From: a virus
Taxonomy: Duplodnaviria; Heunggongvirae; Uroviricota; Caudoviricetes
Length of the DNA stretch: 64,000 bases
Strand: one strand, 5' to 3'
IMG/VR virus record: IMGVR_UViG_3300038345_000251
Location: 64,001-128,000 of that record
Position 1 is the first letter of the stretch; the number at the start of each line of letters is the position of its first letter. This document shows positions 9,918 through 19,975 of this stretch, piece after piece. A program made the translations under genes and the position numbers. The notes below the pieces were generated by a model that searched no databases, was not told where the DNA came from, and saw only the letters and a list, made by a program, of their open reading frames with translations.

Positions 9918-11483
9918 ATGAGCAAAGAAAATAAAAATATCGCATCTGAAGCACTTCTTGAATTAGATTCAATTAAAGAAGCACTTAAAGAGAATTCAAA
10001 GAGTACATTGAAAATGATGCTTGGCGAAGCTGTTAAAGATGTTCTTCGTGAGAGAATCGAAGATGAAGATGAATACGAAGTGGAAACAGAAGGTAGCGAA
10101 GAAGATAATAAATCGGAAGAAAGCACTAAAGATACTGATGATAATCAGAACAATGATTCAGAAAAATCTGGTGATGTATCAGAAGATATGAATGACGATG
10201 AAATGTCACAGGAAGCTCCAGATATGGCACAACAAGATAATATGAATCAGGTTCAGGCTGCTGAAACTCAGGAAGCACCAATGAATGGTGAAGGTGAAGA
10301 AGCAGGTGACGATTGGTCTGAATTCTCACAATATCAAACAGGTGATGAAAATACATATGACCTCACTGGCGAACAAGACTATAACCAAATAGTTAAAGTG
10401 TATAAGTTAATGCAAGATACCGACCAGGTAGTAGTTAAAAAAGAAGGCGATACTATACAGTTAACTGATGGTGGAACTGGAGCCGAATATGTAATTGACC
10501 TTGGTGGTGACAGCGAAGATGCTGAAGAACCAATGGAAGGTGAAGGTGAGGAAATGTCTGAATGTGTTGTCAAAGAAGGTTCAGATGATATTGCTGGTTT
10601 ACCAGATGATGAATCAAATGATGATACAGATGATGACGAAAGATTTGTAGAAAATGAAGGTAAAAAAAGTAAAAAGACTATGAAAGAAAACAAACAATTA
10701 GTATTTGAAGTGGACCTTGGTTATACAGACAATTATCAAAGTAAAGACCCTATTCAGGGACTTAATAACTCAGAACCTTCAAAATCTGGCAAATCTTGGG
10801 AAAAAGGTGTGCCAACAGGTACTGAAAAACCTTGGGCTGGTAGTTCAAAAGATAAAGGTGAACCTTTTGAAAAAACTGTTAACGAAGAAGATGAAGTTAA
10901 TGAATGTGGTGCTGCTTGTGCAACCAACGAAGAACCTGTAGAAGAAGGTGTTGCTGGTGCAGTAAAAGCAAGAACAACAGCTAAAGACCATACTCCTAAC
11001 AACAGAAAAGAACATCTTCCAAAGAAAGCAAGACACATTTCAACTGCTGACGAAGGTTATGATGAAATGGTTGAATCTTACAAAAGAGAAATTGCAAAAC
11101 TTAAGAAAATTAACGAAGCATACAAAAAAGAAAATGCTCAACTTAAAGAATGTGCAAAAGAACTTGGTAAGAATATCAACGAATCTTATGTTGTGAACAC
11201 CAATCTTGCAAAGATTACAAGACTTTTCACTGAAAACGTTGTAAATCAGCAAGAAAGAATTGATATTGTTAATAGATTTGCAAACGAAGCAAAAACTGTT
11301 GAACAGTCAAATGCACTTTACGAATCAATCAACAATGAACTTAAAAAGAATGGTAACAAGAATCTTACTCTTGAAAACAATGCTCCTGCTAAAGCAGAAG
11401 AAAACAAACAACTTAACGAAGTTAAAAAATCAAAGGGACTTCTTGATACCTTAGACCTCATTAAAAGAATGGGAAATTTATAA
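9918..11483 (+). CDS. prohead scaffolding/core protein (gp22-like position)
   Basis: Acidic with a coiled-coil C-terminus, between protease and major capsid genes. Confidence 0.7.
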   Translation: MSKENKNIASEALLELDSIKEALKENSKSTLKMMLGEAVKDVLRERIEDEDEYEVETEGSEEDNKSEESTKDTDDNQNNDSEKSGDVSEDMNDDEMSQEAPDMAQQDNMNQVQAAETQEAPMNGEGEEAGDDWSEFSQYQTGDENTYDLTGEQDYNQIVKVYKLMQDTDQVVVKKEGDTIQLTDGGTGAEYVIDLGGDSEDAEEPMEGEGEEMSECVVKEGSDDIAGLPDDESNDDTDDDERFVENEGKKSKKTMKENKQLVFEVDLGYTDNYQSKDPIQGLNNSEPSKSGKSWEKGVPTGTEKPWAGSSKDKGEPFEKTVNEEDEVNECGAACATNEEPVEEGVAGAVKARTTAKDHTPNNRKEHLPKKARHISTADEGYDEMVESYKREIAKLKKINEAYKKENAQLKECAKELGKNINESYVVNTNLAKITRLFTENVVNQQERIDIVNRFANEAKTVEQSNALYESINNELKKNGNKNLTLENNAPAKAEENKQLNEVKKSKGLLDTLDLIKRMGNL

Positions 11484-11517
11484 TAAAGAATAAATAAAAT
11501 TAAAAATACTTAAAAAA

Positions 11518-13425
11518 ATGATTAGCGATTTTTTAAAATCTGGTCAGGTAGGTACAATTGAACTTAATGAACAGAAAAGAATTAGACAACAAATTAACGA
11601 AAGATGGGACTCTCTCGGCATGACCGACGGTCTTCAGGGTGTAGTTAAAGAAAATGTTGCAACTCTTTTTGAAAATCAGGCAAAAGCTATGCTTTCAGAA
11701 GCTACTGATAGCAATAACAGTGGTTCATTCGAAACTGTAGTATTCCCTATTATTCGTAGAGTTTTCAGCAAACTTCTTGCTAACGACATCGTTTCAGTAC
11801 AGGCTATGAACCTTCCTATTGGTAAGTTGTTCTTCCTTCTTCCTGTTACTTCAGAAAGAGAATGGTCTTCAGAAGAAATCGAAGATGGTGCAACTGGTAG
11901 ACACAAAGGTCTTATGGGTTACGAAAGAGTAGACCGTAGAGACGGTAGCACATATAATAGATTCTATCTTCCAGATGAAACTATTAATGAGCAAACTTAC
12001 GAAATTTATGACATTAAATCAGGTGAAGTCGTAGGTAGTGGTTACACTTCTTATGATGAAGCATTCGCAGCAAAAGGCGAAGGTGAAAGAGTACGTCAAG
12101 TAAGTCCTGAAGTTACACGTTATATGGGTAAAACCCTTTATGACCTCTTCTACAATGACTTCCTTTTCGATAACTCAAAAGGTAAAATCCACATCAAAGT
12201 TGGTGATGCAACTCCTGTTGTATTCAAACGTGGACAGCTTGTAGATGCAACTGAAGATGACATTAGACTTTATTCAGATGGTACTGTACGTAACCTTATC
12301 CTTAAAGTAAAAGGTTTCTCTTCATACAATGCAAGTAAACTTACTGGTCCTGATGGAAACGAAATGGACACTGAAGCATTCCTTGCTTCTCTTAAAGTTG
12401 TTGCTGATACCGTTATTGGTAATTCAGGTAGCACTTGCTTTATGCCTAATGAATCAATTCCTTTCCGTGTTGTAACACAGAAATATGGTAAAGGTATTGT
12501 AGAATATGCTGGTGCTTGTGATGCTGAAGGTTGCATTTATCTCGACCTTGACCTTGCAAAACCTGCAAAAGCACAGGGTGCTTCAATGGACGGTTATCTT
12601 GGTATTGACCCTGAAACTCTTGATTTCAACGCATTCAAAGTTGCATGGTGTCAGTATGATAGCCTTGAACTTGAAACCGAAATCGGTGAAGTATCATTCA
12701 AACTTGACAGTGTAACTGTTTCAGTTGAAGAAAGAAAACTTCGTGCAACTTGGTCTCCTGAACTTGCACAGGACGTTTCAGCATTCCACAATATTGACGC
12801 TGAAGCAGAATTAACTGCACTTCTTTCAGAACAGATTGCAGCTGAAATCGACCGTGAAATCCTTAGAGACCTTCGTAAATTCGCTCCTTGGAAAGCACGT
12901 TGGGATGTTAATGGTTGGAGAAGAATGGCTGGTTTCTCAACAAACTACACACAGAAAGATTGGAATCAGGAACTTGTTACAAAGATTAACCAGATTTCAG
13001 CACAGATTCACAAATCAACCCTTCGTGGTGGTGCAAACTTCATCGTAGTTTCATCAGAAATCTCAGCAGTATTCGATAACCTTGAATACTTCCACGTTTC
13101 AGACGCAAGTGCTGAATCAGACCAATACAATATGGGTATTGAAAGAGTTGGTTCACTTGGTGGACGTTATCAAGTATACCGTGACCCTTATTCACCTCAC
13201 TGGTCAATAATTATCGGTCATAAAGGTAAATCACTTCTTGATACTGGTTACATTTACGCTCCATATATTCCTATGCAGCTTACACCAACTATCTACAACC
13301 CTATGAACTTTGCTCCTGTTAAGGGTATTCTTACAAGATACGCAAAGAAATGTGTTAACAACAGATTTTATGGTGGTATAAACGTTGATGGGTTACAGAC
13401 TTGGGATATTAATGAACTTAGATAA
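11518..13425 (+). CDS. major capsid protein (T4 gp23-like)
   Basis: FPIIRRVF, VSVQAMNLPIG, RKLRATWSPELAQDVSAFHNIDAEAEL, EIDREIL, YAPYIP, TRYA. Confidence 0.97.
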   Translation: MISDFLKSGQVGTIELNEQKRIRQQINERWDSLGMTDGLQGVVKENVATLFENQAKAMLSEATDSNNSGSFETVVFPIIRRVFSKLLANDIVSVQAMNLPIGKLFFLLPVTSEREWSSEEIEDGATGRHKGLMGYERVDRRDGSTYNRFYLPDETINEQTYEIYDIKSGEVVGSGYTSYDEAFAAKGEGERVRQVSPEVTRYMGKTLYDLFYNDFLFDNSKGKIHIKVGDATPVVFKRGQLVDATEDDIRLYSDGTVRNLILKVKGFSSYNASKLTGPDGNEMDTEAFLASLKVVADTVIGNSGSTCFMPNESIPFRVVTQKYGKGIVEYAGACDAEGCIYLDLDLAKPAKAQGASMDGYLGIDPETLDFNAFKVAWCQYDSLELETEIGEVSFKLDSVTVSVEERKLRATWSPELAQDVSAFHNIDAEAELTALLSEQIAAEIDREILRDLRKFAPWKARWDVNGWRRMAGFSTNYTQKDWNQELVTKINQISAQIHKSTLRGGANFIVVSSEISAVFDNLEYFHVSDASAESDQYNMGIERVGSLGGRYQVYRDPYSPHWSIIIGHKGKSLLDTGYIYAPYIPMQLTPTIYNPMNFAPVKGILTRYAKKCVNNRFYGGINVDGLQTWDINELR

Positions 13426-13455
13426 TAATTCATTGAAAACCAATAGTTTAGAACT

Positions 13456-13484
13456 AAACCCTCTGAAAATCAGAGGGTTTTTTT
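13456..13484 (+). terminator. intrinsic terminator after the capsid gene
   Basis: aaaccctctga-aaa-tcagagggttttttt. Confidence 0.8.
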
Positions 13485-13597
13485 ATTGTCCATGTTAACA
13501 AACTGTGTTTAGTAAAAATAGACGTTTTGTAAATAATCGTATTTTTTCTTGTTTTTATAAATATTTATATGTATATTTGTAATAAAATAAGAAAATT

Positions 13598-14557
13598 ATG
13601 AGAAAGATTTTTACAGAAAAAGAAAAAAATAAAATAAAAAAACTATATGAAGAAGGGAATGGTATTGTAAAAATATCTAAAAAACTTCATACAAGTGACA
13701 AAAAAATTAAACAAGTTATACTTTCATTTGGAGAAAATATAAACAATAGTAAAAACAAAAAACTTAATGGTTACTGGCATATTCGTGAAAATAATGAAGC
13801 ATTAGCAAAGACTTGTAGAAATCGTAGTGAATTTGGTGATAAATCAAGTACTGCTTATAAAGTGGCACTTAAGGAAGGATGGATTGATGAATATGAAAAA
13901 TTGTATTTTACGGATAAGAAAAATTTTCCATCATTTGACTTACCTATTCATCTTGTATATGCTTATGAAATAAAAGAGTATAATAGTGTATATGTTGGTA
14001 GAACAACTGATTTAAAAAGAAGAGATAAAGCACATAGAAATCCTACTGATAATGATACTTTGTATAATTTTTGTAACAGTAATAATATTGAAATACCGAA
14101 GCCGATTATTTTAGAAGAAAATTTGAATGCATTTGAAAGTCAAGATAAAGAAAACAAGTGGATAAAAACTTATAAAAAGAATGGCTGGAGTACATTGAAT
14201 AAACAAAAAACTGGTATTGGAAGTAGTTCTTTAGGTTCAACTGCTGCTAAATGGAACTATGAAACGTGTAAATCAGCAGCTTCTTTATGCAAGAATAAAG
14301 AAGAATTTAAAAAGAAATACAGTAGAGCACATAATGTTTCTAGAACAAATGGTTGGATTGACGAATTTTTTCCTTTTAATTCAAAACGAGAGAACGGATG
14401 TTTTGATACACTTGAAAAGTGTAAAGAAGCATGTAAAGGATATAATACAATATTAGAGATTAGAAACAATTATCCTTTTTTGTATCATAAAATATGCAAA
14501 AATAAATGGACAGAAGAAATTAGAAAGTTTATTATAGAAGAAAAGAAAAGAGACTGA
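13598..14557 (+). CDS. free-standing GIY-YIG homing endonuclease
   Basis: LVYAYEI...VYVGRTTDLKRR..H...E..WI......LN catalytic pattern, N-terminal HTH and repeated helical C..K.EF...Y....GW modules. Confidence 0.75.
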   Translation: MRKIFTEKEKNKIKKLYEEGNGIVKISKKLHTSDKKIKQVILSFGENINNSKNKKLNGYWHIRENNEALAKTCRNRSEFGDKSSTAYKVALKEGWIDEYEKLYFTDKKNFPSFDLPIHLVYAYEIKEYNSVYVGRTTDLKRRDKAHRNPTDNDTLYNFCNSNNIEIPKPIILEENLNAFESQDKENKWIKTYKKNGWSTLNKQKTGIGSSSLGSTAAKWNYETCKSAASLCKNKEEFKKKYSRAHNVSRTNGWIDEFFPFNSKRENGCFDTLEKCKEACKGYNTILEIRNNYPFLYHKICKNKWTEEIRKFIIEEKKRD

Positions 14558-14578
14558 AATTATTCAGTCTCTTTTTTT
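14546..14578. terminator. bidirectional terminator between convergent genes
   Basis: aaagagactgaa-atta-ttcagtctcttt. Confidence 0.7.
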
Positions 14579-14767
14579 ATTTGGTATATAAGAACCTGTT
14601 TTCACATATCGTTCATAACATTCCCAACTAACATGTTCACCTTCTTTATCTTCACTATCTATATTGATTACTTCAAGTCCATACCAAGGTTCACCTGACC
14701 ATAACCCTAAGTTATACTTCTTACATAAAGAAAGAAATTCATCTAAAAATTGTTGTTCTTTATCCAT
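14564..14767 (-). CDS. hypothetical protein
   Basis: 67-aa ORF in a packed minus-strand operon. Confidence 0.6.
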   Translation of the reverse strand: MDKEQQFLDEFLSLCKKYNLGLWSGEPWYGLEVINIDSEDKEGEHVSWECYERYVKTGSYIPNKKRD

Positions 14768-14781
14768 TTTCAGTTCAAATT

Positions 14782-15180
14782 TTAACTTTTCGGCTCAAAA
14801 TTACTATCTTTCGGCTCATTTCTTTCTTTTTCAAATTCTTTAAGTTTTTCTTCAAATTCTTCACGTTCTTTACGCATTTCTATAACTTCTTCCATAACAA
14901 CCTTTTCTCTAAAAAGATTAAATACGTTTACTTTTTCATCAGCAATTGTGTCATCGTAAACACTATTGTCAACTTCAACAATATAGCATTCATCAACACC
15001 ATACCCCATACCATCATCTTCTAAAATACGTGGATATGCGTCTAAAATCTCATCATCTACTGAAATAGATAGTTTACCATCAGATTCTTCAAATCCAAGT
15101 GCTAAAAGGATTTCCTTTAAATTCATTATTGAACAAGGCCATCCTTGAAAATCATAACATAAATTAATTTTTCCACCCAT
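14782..15180 (-). CDS. hypothetical protein
   Basis: 132-aa ORF in operon. Confidence 0.65.
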   Translation of the reverse strand: MGGKINLCYDFQGWPCSIMNLKEILLALGFEESDGKLSISVDDEILDAYPRILEDDGMGYGVDECYIVEVDNSVYDDTIADEKVNVFNLFREKVVMEEVIEMRKEREEFEEKLKEFEKERNEPKDSNFEPKS

Positions 15181-15580
15181 TTTTCTTTAATCTTATTAAA
15201 TTTAACTTATCAATTAACTCACTATAACGTTCCCAAGCATCTATATTATAATCATAATACCAAGTCATTTTATCACCATCATTAAATGAAATAACAATGT
15301 GAGGTTTAATATATACTGTATCATCAACAACTTTTAAACTATTATTTAATTCAAGTTCTTTTTTAGTGTATAATATTTTAGTACCAAATTTACCATACCA
15401 ACTGTCAGCAAATAATGTTTCTTCTGCTATTATTTTTTTAATGCGTGGAAAAGGAAAAAATCTAAAATCCATATCTACAAAATCACCCTTATTGAACTTT
15501 TTGTAAAACTCTTTAGATTTTCTTTCTTCAATACATTCAATTTTTGAAACTGTAGCAACTGAAATTTCTCTTTCTTTCAT
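15164..15580 (-). CDS. hypothetical protein
   Basis: 138-aa ORF in operon. Confidence 0.65.
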   Translation of the reverse strand: MKEREISVATVSKIECIEERKSKEFYKKFNKGDFVDMDFRFFPFPRIKKIIAEETLFADSWYGKFGTKILYTKKELELNNSLKVVDDTVYIKPHIVISFNDGDKMTWYYDYNIDAWERYSELIDKLNLIRLKKNGWKN

Positions 15581-15584
15581 AATA

Positions 15585-15974
15585 CTATTTATTAAACCAA
15601 ATTACGTGTGAAAAATCTGTTCTATATACTTCATCCAAAATATCAGAAGGATAAATATAAATGTCTGAAATACCTGTTTCTGTGGCATATTTACCATACC
15701 CATCATTATCGGTAAATAATTCTCTTTTACAGCCATCAATAAAACGTTCAAATGACATTAACTCACCATTCCATTTCTTACCAAAAGTCATTGTTGGGTC
15801 TTGAATTAATCGTGCTTGTCTATCGTTTTCAGAAATTTTAATTCTGATGTCTAAAGTTTCTTTAAACATTTCATCCCAAGACATTCCTTTTTTAGCACAT
15901 TCATCTTCTTTCTCAGAAAGTTGTTTAGATAATTTTTCGTTTTCTTTTATGTATTCTTTATACTGTTTGTCCAT
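15585..15974 (-). CDS. hypothetical protein
   Basis: 129-aa ORF, preceded by TATATTTG (15991-15998). Confidence 0.7.
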   Translation of the reverse strand: MDKQYKEYIKENEKLSKQLSEKEDECAKKGMSWDEMFKETLDIRIKISENDRQARLIQDPTMTFGKKWNGELMSFERFIDGCKRELFTDNDGYGKYATETGISDIYIYPSDILDEVYRTDFSHVIWFNK

Positions 15975-16065
15975 ATGGTTTTATTTTCTACAAATATACA
16001 ACAAAAATGGCAATAAATCAACTTTATTGCCAAAAATGTATTATATTTCTTTTTTTATAATTATG

Positions 16066-16506
16066 TTAACTATTCTTCCTTTCAATCACATTAATTTGAT
16101 AAATTGCTTTAACATGATGATGAGCAAATGTATCACAAACTGGAATGTACTCAACCAAATCTACCCTAAATAAATGCAATCCCTTCTGAAGACCAAATAC
16201 CTCCATTTCAATACTCTGCCCTGTCAATGGAATAATGTCACCTGAAGAATGCATTTCATTTGCTACTTCAATCTTGAAATCTTTCTGTGGATTATCATAG
16301 TCAATCTCTTCTTTGGCATCTAAATCAAAGAAAATCCTATTCTCATTCTTAGGATTAATGTAATTGTTAGATAAACCAAATCTGGTACTATTTCCCTCTG
16401 TTACATCTGGGAGAATGCAAGGTGTAGACCACTCAGGAATAGGATTGTCTTCAAAATGACAACCAAATAAATCTTTAATCTTTTCCCATAATTTACTTAA
16501 ACACAT
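16066..16506 (-). CDS. hypothetical protein
   Basis: 146-aa ORF with clean boundaries. Confidence 0.6.
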   Translation of the reverse strand: MCLSKLWEKIKDLFGCHFEDNPIPEWSTPCILPDVTEGNSTRFGLSNNYINPKNENRIFFDLDAKEEIDYDNPQKDFKIEVANEMHSSGDIIPLTGQSIEMEVFGLQKGLHLFRVDLVEYIPVCDTFAHHHVKAIYQINVIERKNS

Positions 16507-16572
16507 AATTAATAATTTTTTATTTTAAAAATATAAAATTATATAGAAAAAAACAATAGTTCCCTTAAAAAA

Positions 16573-17493
16573 TTAGCCTTCTATAAACTTAACATCTGTA
16601 TTCATAAATTTAGAATATCTTTCTTGTGCTAATCTAATAATATCTTCTACGTTTGCTCCTGAAACACCACCAATTTTATCTGAAAGTTTATTGTTAATTA
16701 ACAATGTTGGAACACCAGTATCTGGTGTTGCTGAGACAAATAAAACATGTGAATGTTCAAATCTTTGATATTGCATGTTTAAAAGTGGTTCAACATCCTG
16801 TTCAGTTGCACCTGCTGCTTTAAGCTTATCAATTGCACTTGTTGATGGTTTATAAGGTAATAATGTAAGTCTATTTACATCAATTGGTCTAATGTGCCCA
16901 TCACTCATTACAAGATAATAATTGATGCTAATAGGTTTAATACCACTCATGTTAAGATTTGTATATGTGTGTGCAGTAAGTTCATCATTATTACCTGCAT
17001 ATTGTGAAATACCACCTTTATCACCAAATTTATTTCTATCTATGCCATATCTTGCTTTACCAAATTCAACACCAAATTTTCCACCAAGTTCGTCTCTTTT
17101 TGTTTTCCAATCGTTGTACTTGCTATCAACATCATCTTGTGCTTGCCAAGGTAAGTTGTAAATTGTAAGTTTAATTACGTTTGTAACTTTACCTTCTTCT
17201 CCAAGATTTTTACCAAGAGTTTCATAATCGTCAAACGATTTCATTCTATTTGTTGCAGGATTACGGAAACTTCCTTTTGGAACTTCGATTTTAGCTGCTG
17301 ATACGTAACCAAACGTAACTCTATTACCAGGTTTTAAACCAGCCAATAAATCATAAAAATTTTCTTCACCAACGACATCACGCCATTTACAGGTTACTTC
17401 ATTAATACTTTCAGTAAGATAATTACTACCACCATTAGGCGTTTCTTCCATTCTTCTCATAAGAGATTTTATTTCATTTAATGTGTCTTTCAT
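16573..17493 (-). CDS. hypothetical, possibly virion-associated protein
   Basis: 306 aa; N-terminus MKDTLNEIKSLMRRMEE...YLTESINE resembles the other leaders. Confidence 0.65.
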   Translation of the reverse strand: MKDTLNEIKSLMRRMEETPNGGSNYLTESINEVTCKWRDVVGEENFYDLLAGLKPGNRVTFGYVSAAKIEVPKGSFRNPATNRMKSFDDYETLGKNLGEEGKVTNVIKLTIYNLPWQAQDDVDSKYNDWKTKRDELGGKFGVEFGKARYGIDRNKFGDKGGISQYAGNNDELTAHTYTNLNMSGIKPISINYYLVMSDGHIRPIDVNRLTLLPYKPSTSAIDKLKAAGATEQDVEPLLNMQYQRFEHSHVLFVSATPDTGVPTLLINNKLSDKIGGVSGANVEDIIRLAQERYSKFMNTDVKFIEG

Positions 17494-17497
17494 ATCA

Positions 17498-17704
17498 CTA
17501 TATACTATTATTTTGTTTATTTATTTCATTACAAAATTCGCAAGCACGTTTAAAATTTGTAAATTTTTCTATTATTTCAAAATCTTCTAATAAACTTGCT
17601 TTATCTGGAATATATCTACCATTTTCATCAAAATCCTCAGATGTTATGATATTGTATGTTCCACCTTCATCAATTACGTAATAAATTATTTTAGAATGTT
17701 TCAC
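17498..17704 (-). CDS. hypothetical protein
   Basis: 68-aa ORF in operon. Confidence 0.5.
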   Translation of the reverse strand: MKHSKIIYYVIDEGGTYNIITSEDFDENGRYIPDKASLLEDFEIIEKFTNFKRACEFCNEINKQNNSI

Positions 17705-17725
17705 TTTAAATTGTTTTTATATAGA

Positions 17726-18367
17726 TTATTCAATAATTGTCCACATTTCTACAAATCTATATGCATCTTCATATTTTATTGTAGTATATCCATTTGTTCC
17801 AAAAGATTTACCCCAACTATTTCTTATTATAAAACCATGTTTATCATAGCCAACAATAGCAATTGCATGATAACCAAGAAATCTATCATATTTTCTTTGA
17901 TTCCAGAATTCTTTTGTGTTATTATAAACAGGAAGTGCACCAACACAAGGACCATTCATAACAAGAGCAACTTTAATTTTTTCAGCATCCCTTAAAAGTG
18001 CATATTCATCAATTTTAAGTTTTCCAAGATTTGAAGATACACCTTCATGTCTTAGAAAACGAAATGCATCTTTAAAAGTCATTCCATCACCTTCAGTTGT
18101 TTTACTGTTATAGATTTCAAAATAATTAATTTCATTATCTTTTCTATTATGTCCATTGTTTAAATTTTCTCTCCAGTTAAGAAAAGCAGATACAGAACAT
18201 GGAACACATATTGATAATTGTCCTTGATTTAATACTTCTGGTAAATATTTTTTATAAGAATAAGAATCAGGTATTTTTATTTGGTTAGATACGGTAGTAC
18301 CAAAAATATGTTCTGTACCATCAAGTACTGAAGGTTTATAACCACTATTATATACATTTCTATCCAT
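17726..18367 (-). CDS. papain-family (C1) cysteine peptidase
   Basis: NQGQLSICVPCS, HAIAIVGY, IIRNSWG: Q, C, H, N catalytic residues. Confidence 0.9.
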   Translation of the reverse strand: MDRNVYNSGYKPSVLDGTEHIFGTTVSNQIKIPDSYSYKKYLPEVLNQGQLSICVPCSVSAFLNWRENLNNGHNRKDNEINYFEIYNSKTTEGDGMTFKDAFRFLRHEGVSSNLGKLKIDEYALLRDAEKIKVALVMNGPCVGALPVYNNTKEFWNQRKYDRFLGYHAIAIVGYDKHGFIIRNSWGKSFGTNGYTTIKYEDAYRFVEMWTIIE

Positions 18368-18388
18368 AATAAATTCTATTTAAATTGA

Positions 18389-18859
18389 TTATTTTCTATT
18401 AAATTTATCATCAATATATTTAAGTTTTGGTGGGTTTTTCTTTACAGCTCTGGTTTTTTTAGTCTCTTCATATGGGTCACAATTAACAAATCTCTTAGTT
18501 ACCTTATAAAGATTTTCTCTTGGAATTAAGATATATATAAGTTCAGATTCTTCACTATATACTTTAATATACATTCTTTTTGTTACATATCTACTATACT
18601 CAAAATCCAAATATCTTTCACTAATCCATTCGTCTAAATTTCTTGGCAATCTGTCAATAATACACATAGAATCAACTTGTTTTGGTGTATAATAATATAC
18701 GAATGCTCTCATAGTTCCTTCTTCGGTTGAAACAGCGGCAGCACCCATTGTAATAACATCAGGATTACTATTAGTAACCGTCATATTTCTTGTTTGACCA
18801 CAACCTACTAAAATAAGGATGCTAATAAAACTAATAAATAATACTTTTATTTTTTTCAT
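18389..18859 (-). CDS. lipoprotein
   Basis: MKKIK, hydrophobic stretch and LVGC lipobox; late motif at 18884-18892 on the minus strand. Confidence 0.75.
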   Translation of the reverse strand: MKKIKVLFISFISILILVGCGQTRNMTVTNSNPDVITMGAAAVSTEEGTMRAFVYYYTPKQVDSMCIIDRLPRNLDEWISERYLDFEYSRYVTKRMYIKVYSEESELIYILIPRENLYKVTKRFVNCDPYEETKKTRAVKKNPPKLKYIDDKFNRK

Positions 18860-19009
18860 AATTAAATAAGGTTTTATTTTTAAATAAATAGTTTCTTAAT
18901 TCCAGTAAAACAAAAATATAATTTTTTTTCTTTAAATTCAACTTTTTTAAATTTTAAAACTATTTAAATATTTATATATAAGAGATAAACAATAAAACTA
19001 TGATAACAT

Positions 19010-19975
19010 ATGCCTAATAAGTTAACGCAAGATGAATTTATTAATAGAGCCAAAAAAATTCATAATAATAAATATGATTATTCAAAAGTTAATTATACTG
19101 GTTCTAATAATAAAGTATGTATAATCTGTCCTGAACATGGAGAATTTTGGCAAACACCACATGACCATTTAAGAGGTTATAAATGTCCAAAATGTAGTAC
19201 AAAAGCAAAGTTAGATAATACATCTTTTATAAAAAAAGCAAGACAAGTACATGGTGATAAATATGACTATAGTAAAGTTAATTATATTGATAGTAAAACG
19301 CCTGTTTATATTACATGTCCAGAACATGGTGAATTTTGTCAACGACCTTCTGCACATTTATACGGAATGGGATGTCCTAAATGTGGGACAATTTCTACTG
19401 GTATTAAAAGAAGGTTAGAACAAAATAATTTTATAGAAAAAGCAAGAGAAGTACACGGTAATAAATATGACTATAGTAAAGTACAATATACAACATCGTT
19501 GAATCCAGTTAGTATAATATGTCCATTACATGGCGAATTTTCACAAACACCACACAAACATTTATTAGGACATGGATGTCCTATTTGTGGAAATAAAAAT
19601 AATTTAACAGAAATAAAGTTTTTCCAATCTTTAAAAAATATATTTACTAATGTTGAGTATCAAAAAATTTTTCCATTTCTTTCTGATAAAGGATGTGTTC
19701 AAAAAATAGATTTTTATTTACCTGAATACAATATAGCCATAGAATTAAATGGTAGACAACATTATGTACCTGTTGAGAAATTTGGTGGAGAAATTGGTTT
19801 TCAAAGAATAAGAGAATTAGATATTAGAAAATATAACAGATGTATTAATAACGGTATTAAAATATTTTATTTTACACCACCATCAATGAAAAAATACATC
19901 ACAAATTATTTTGAAAAAGTATATACGTCATTTAATGACTTAATAAATGATATAAAAATGCTAAAAAATGATTGA
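19010..19975 (+). CDS. free-standing homing-endonuclease-like protein (three zinc-binding repeats plus Vsr/DUF559-like nuclease)
   Basis: Three KYDYSKV.Y...V.I.CP.HGEF.Q.P..HL.G..CP.C repeats; IDFYLPEYNIAIELNGRQHY; overlaps the terminase start. Confidence 0.8.
   Translation: MPNKLTQDEFINRAKKIHNNKYDYSKVNYTGSNNKVCIICPEHGEFWQTPHDHLRGYKCPKCSTKAKLDNTSFIKKARQVHGDKYDYSKVNYIDSKTPVYITCPEHGEFCQRPSAHLYGMGCPKCGTISTGIKRRLEQNNFIEKAREVHGNKYDYSKVQYTTSLNPVSIICPLHGEFSQTPHKHLLGHGCPICGNKNNLTEIKFFQSLKNIFTNVEYQKIFPFLSDKGCVQKIDFYLPEYNIAIELNGRQHYVPVEKFGGEIGFQRIRELDIRKYNRCINNGIKIFYFTPPSMKKYITNYFEKVYTSFNDLINDIKMLKND

Noticed and set aside
19010-19975. Endonuclease as part of an intron or intein in terminase
   Set aside because: Terminase appears complete from its own ATG, with no upstream exon or splicing motifs
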